From IMG/VR virus record IMGVR_UViG_3300044529_000082, positions 1-64,000 of that record: a stretch of DNA of 64,000 nucleotides; one strand, given 5' to 3'. This stretch comes from a virus. The first letter of the stretch is position 1. Every line of letters starts with the position of its first letter. The notes under the pieces were generated by a model, which searched no databases, was not told where the DNA came from, and was given only the letters and a program-made list of their open reading frames with translations. Shown here in pieces: positions 62,930 to 64,000 of the stretch. The position numbers were made by a program, and so were the translations under genes.

Positions 62930-63868
62930 TTATTGAGCGGCCGGAGCGGTTACCATTTCCTGATAAACCGACATGCCGTTATTAAGAAGTGATTTGTAAT
63001 ACTGCGCGAAACCCTGGACCACTCCACGGTGAATCTCTGTCTTTGCGGCAACGAAAAGCTGCTCTTTAATCCAGTCGGCTTCCTCTTCCAGAGTGTCGCG
63101 TTGAATCTCTCGGACCAGTGGACCGATATCCTTTTCCGCATTGGCAAGCTGGCCCGCCTCTCGGAGATGCTGAATCGCTTTGAGCCATCGCGCCTCGGTC
63201 CGCAAGCTGTTTATGATTGCTTGCATGTGCTCGCCCTGTCCGGCCTTCGGATTGCGGGGCTGGCTGGACTGCTTCTCTTTGAAGCGCTCAGAGACAATTT
63301 TGGCGGTCATTGGCGCGAAGCCCGATTCGGACTCCGGATGCGGCAACGCATAGTTCTTTATGACAATGCCCTCGACCTTGCAACCGCCTAGAGCAGAGTC
63401 GGTCTGAAGAAAAGCGTCCACCCATTCTTGGGTTGGAGATAGCTCGCCGAAATGCAGAACCGGAACGGGTTCGAGACCTAAAATGTCGGCGGACGCGCGT
63501 TTCGCGTCGAGCGACAAATAGGTTCCATCTTTATCTTTCGCGTCGAAAAGCACCAGATGGCTTCTAGGTATCCGGTTGTATGACAGAACGTTGTGCTTCG
63601 GCTTGGCGAGATATTCGCACTGATAAACCCGTCCGGGCACGAGCACGTCACCGAACCCGAGCGCGGTTTCTACTGCGGCTGAAAACATGCCCGGAGCGTT
63701 CAAGTCGATGACTTGTCCCTTGCTGCGGCAGACCAATACGCCCTCTTCCAGGTCAAGGCCAAACTGGAACTGGCTGCCGTCGATTTTCTCCTCGACCGCG
63801 ACTGGGCCTCGGAGAATGTCAGTATTGAACCGTGTTCCGAACGTGTAGATTTTTGGGATTTTGTTCAT
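62930..63868 (-). CDS. RNA ligase (Rnl2-like, ATP-dependent)
   Basis: Motif I EEKIDGSQF, III YQCEY, IIIa LFD, VPVL, IV EGIVIK, V AKIVSERFKE. Confidence 0.85.
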   Translation of the reverse strand: MNKIPKIYTFGTRFNTDILRGPVAVEEKIDGSQFQFGLDLEEGVLVCRSKGQVIDLNAPGMFSAAVETALGFGDVLVPGRVYQCEYLAKPKHNVLSYNRIPRSHLVLFDAKDKDGTYLSLDAKRASADILGLEPVPVLHFGELSPTQEWVDAFLQTDSALGGCKVEGIVIKNYALPHPESESGFAPMTAKIVSERFKEKQSSQPRNPKAGQGEHMQAIINSLRTEARWLKAIQHLREAGQLANAEKDIGPLVREIQRDTLEEEADWIKEQLFVAAKTEIHRGVVQGFAQYYKSLLNNGMSVYQEMVTAPAAQ

Positions 63869-64000
63869 AACACTTTAGAAAAAGCTTCATCCACGAGCTG
63901 CTTGAAAAGGTCCCTTTGTTCTTTATTCGCCGCCGACCGCGCCAACGCCGCCGACGTCGCATCAGCCGACCGCGCCGCCGCATAAGCCGCCGCATCAGCC
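63865..64000 (-). CDS. Partial gene with Ala-rich repeats (3' end)
   Basis: ADAAAYAAARSADATSAALARSAANKEQRDLF...*; coupled to the ligase start. Confidence 0.6.
   Translation of the reverse strand, partial: ADAAAYAAARSADATSAALARSAANKEQRDLFKQLVDEAFSKVL

Noticed and set aside
63925-64000. GC-rich repeats at the window end
   Set aside because: Explained by an Ala-rich repeat protein common in phages.

Overview
The window is most of the genome of a tailed dsDNA phage, probably with a podovirus-like short tail. It has two converging arms. The + strand arm (~300-44311) holds late/virion genes: intein-containing terminase large subunit, portal, scaffold-like protein, major capsid, tail adaptor/nozzle/fibres, ejection proteins and a ~3000-aa polyvalent protein. 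The - strand arm (44308-64000) holds early/replication genes: phage sigma-like factor, RuvC, primase-helicase, family A DNA polymerase, SSB, Cas4-like nuclease, SNF2-like helicase, nucleotide-pool enzymes and an RNA ligase. The most unusual items are: (1) a terminator-bounded non-coding unit of truncated tRNA-like helices (fMet-like, Ile-like, and an Ala microhelix with G3:U70 and ACCA), in a genome that also encodes candidate RNA repair enzymes; (2) a GDP-fucose pathway (gmd, fcl) plus glycosyltransferase-like genes inside the head module; (3) a giant ejected protein whose effector domains are separated by a recurring QF-x-P junction motif; (4) a DUF3494 ice-binding domain inserted into an FN3-like late protein; (5) a GTAACTGTT motif upstream of late units, matched by a phage-encoded sigma-like gene; (6) an HNH-AP2 endonuclease fused into a lipoprotein signal peptide; (7) a recombination scar around a Mom-like gene; (8) a candidate histone-fold protein. 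All assignments come from motif recognition by eye; no searches were run.
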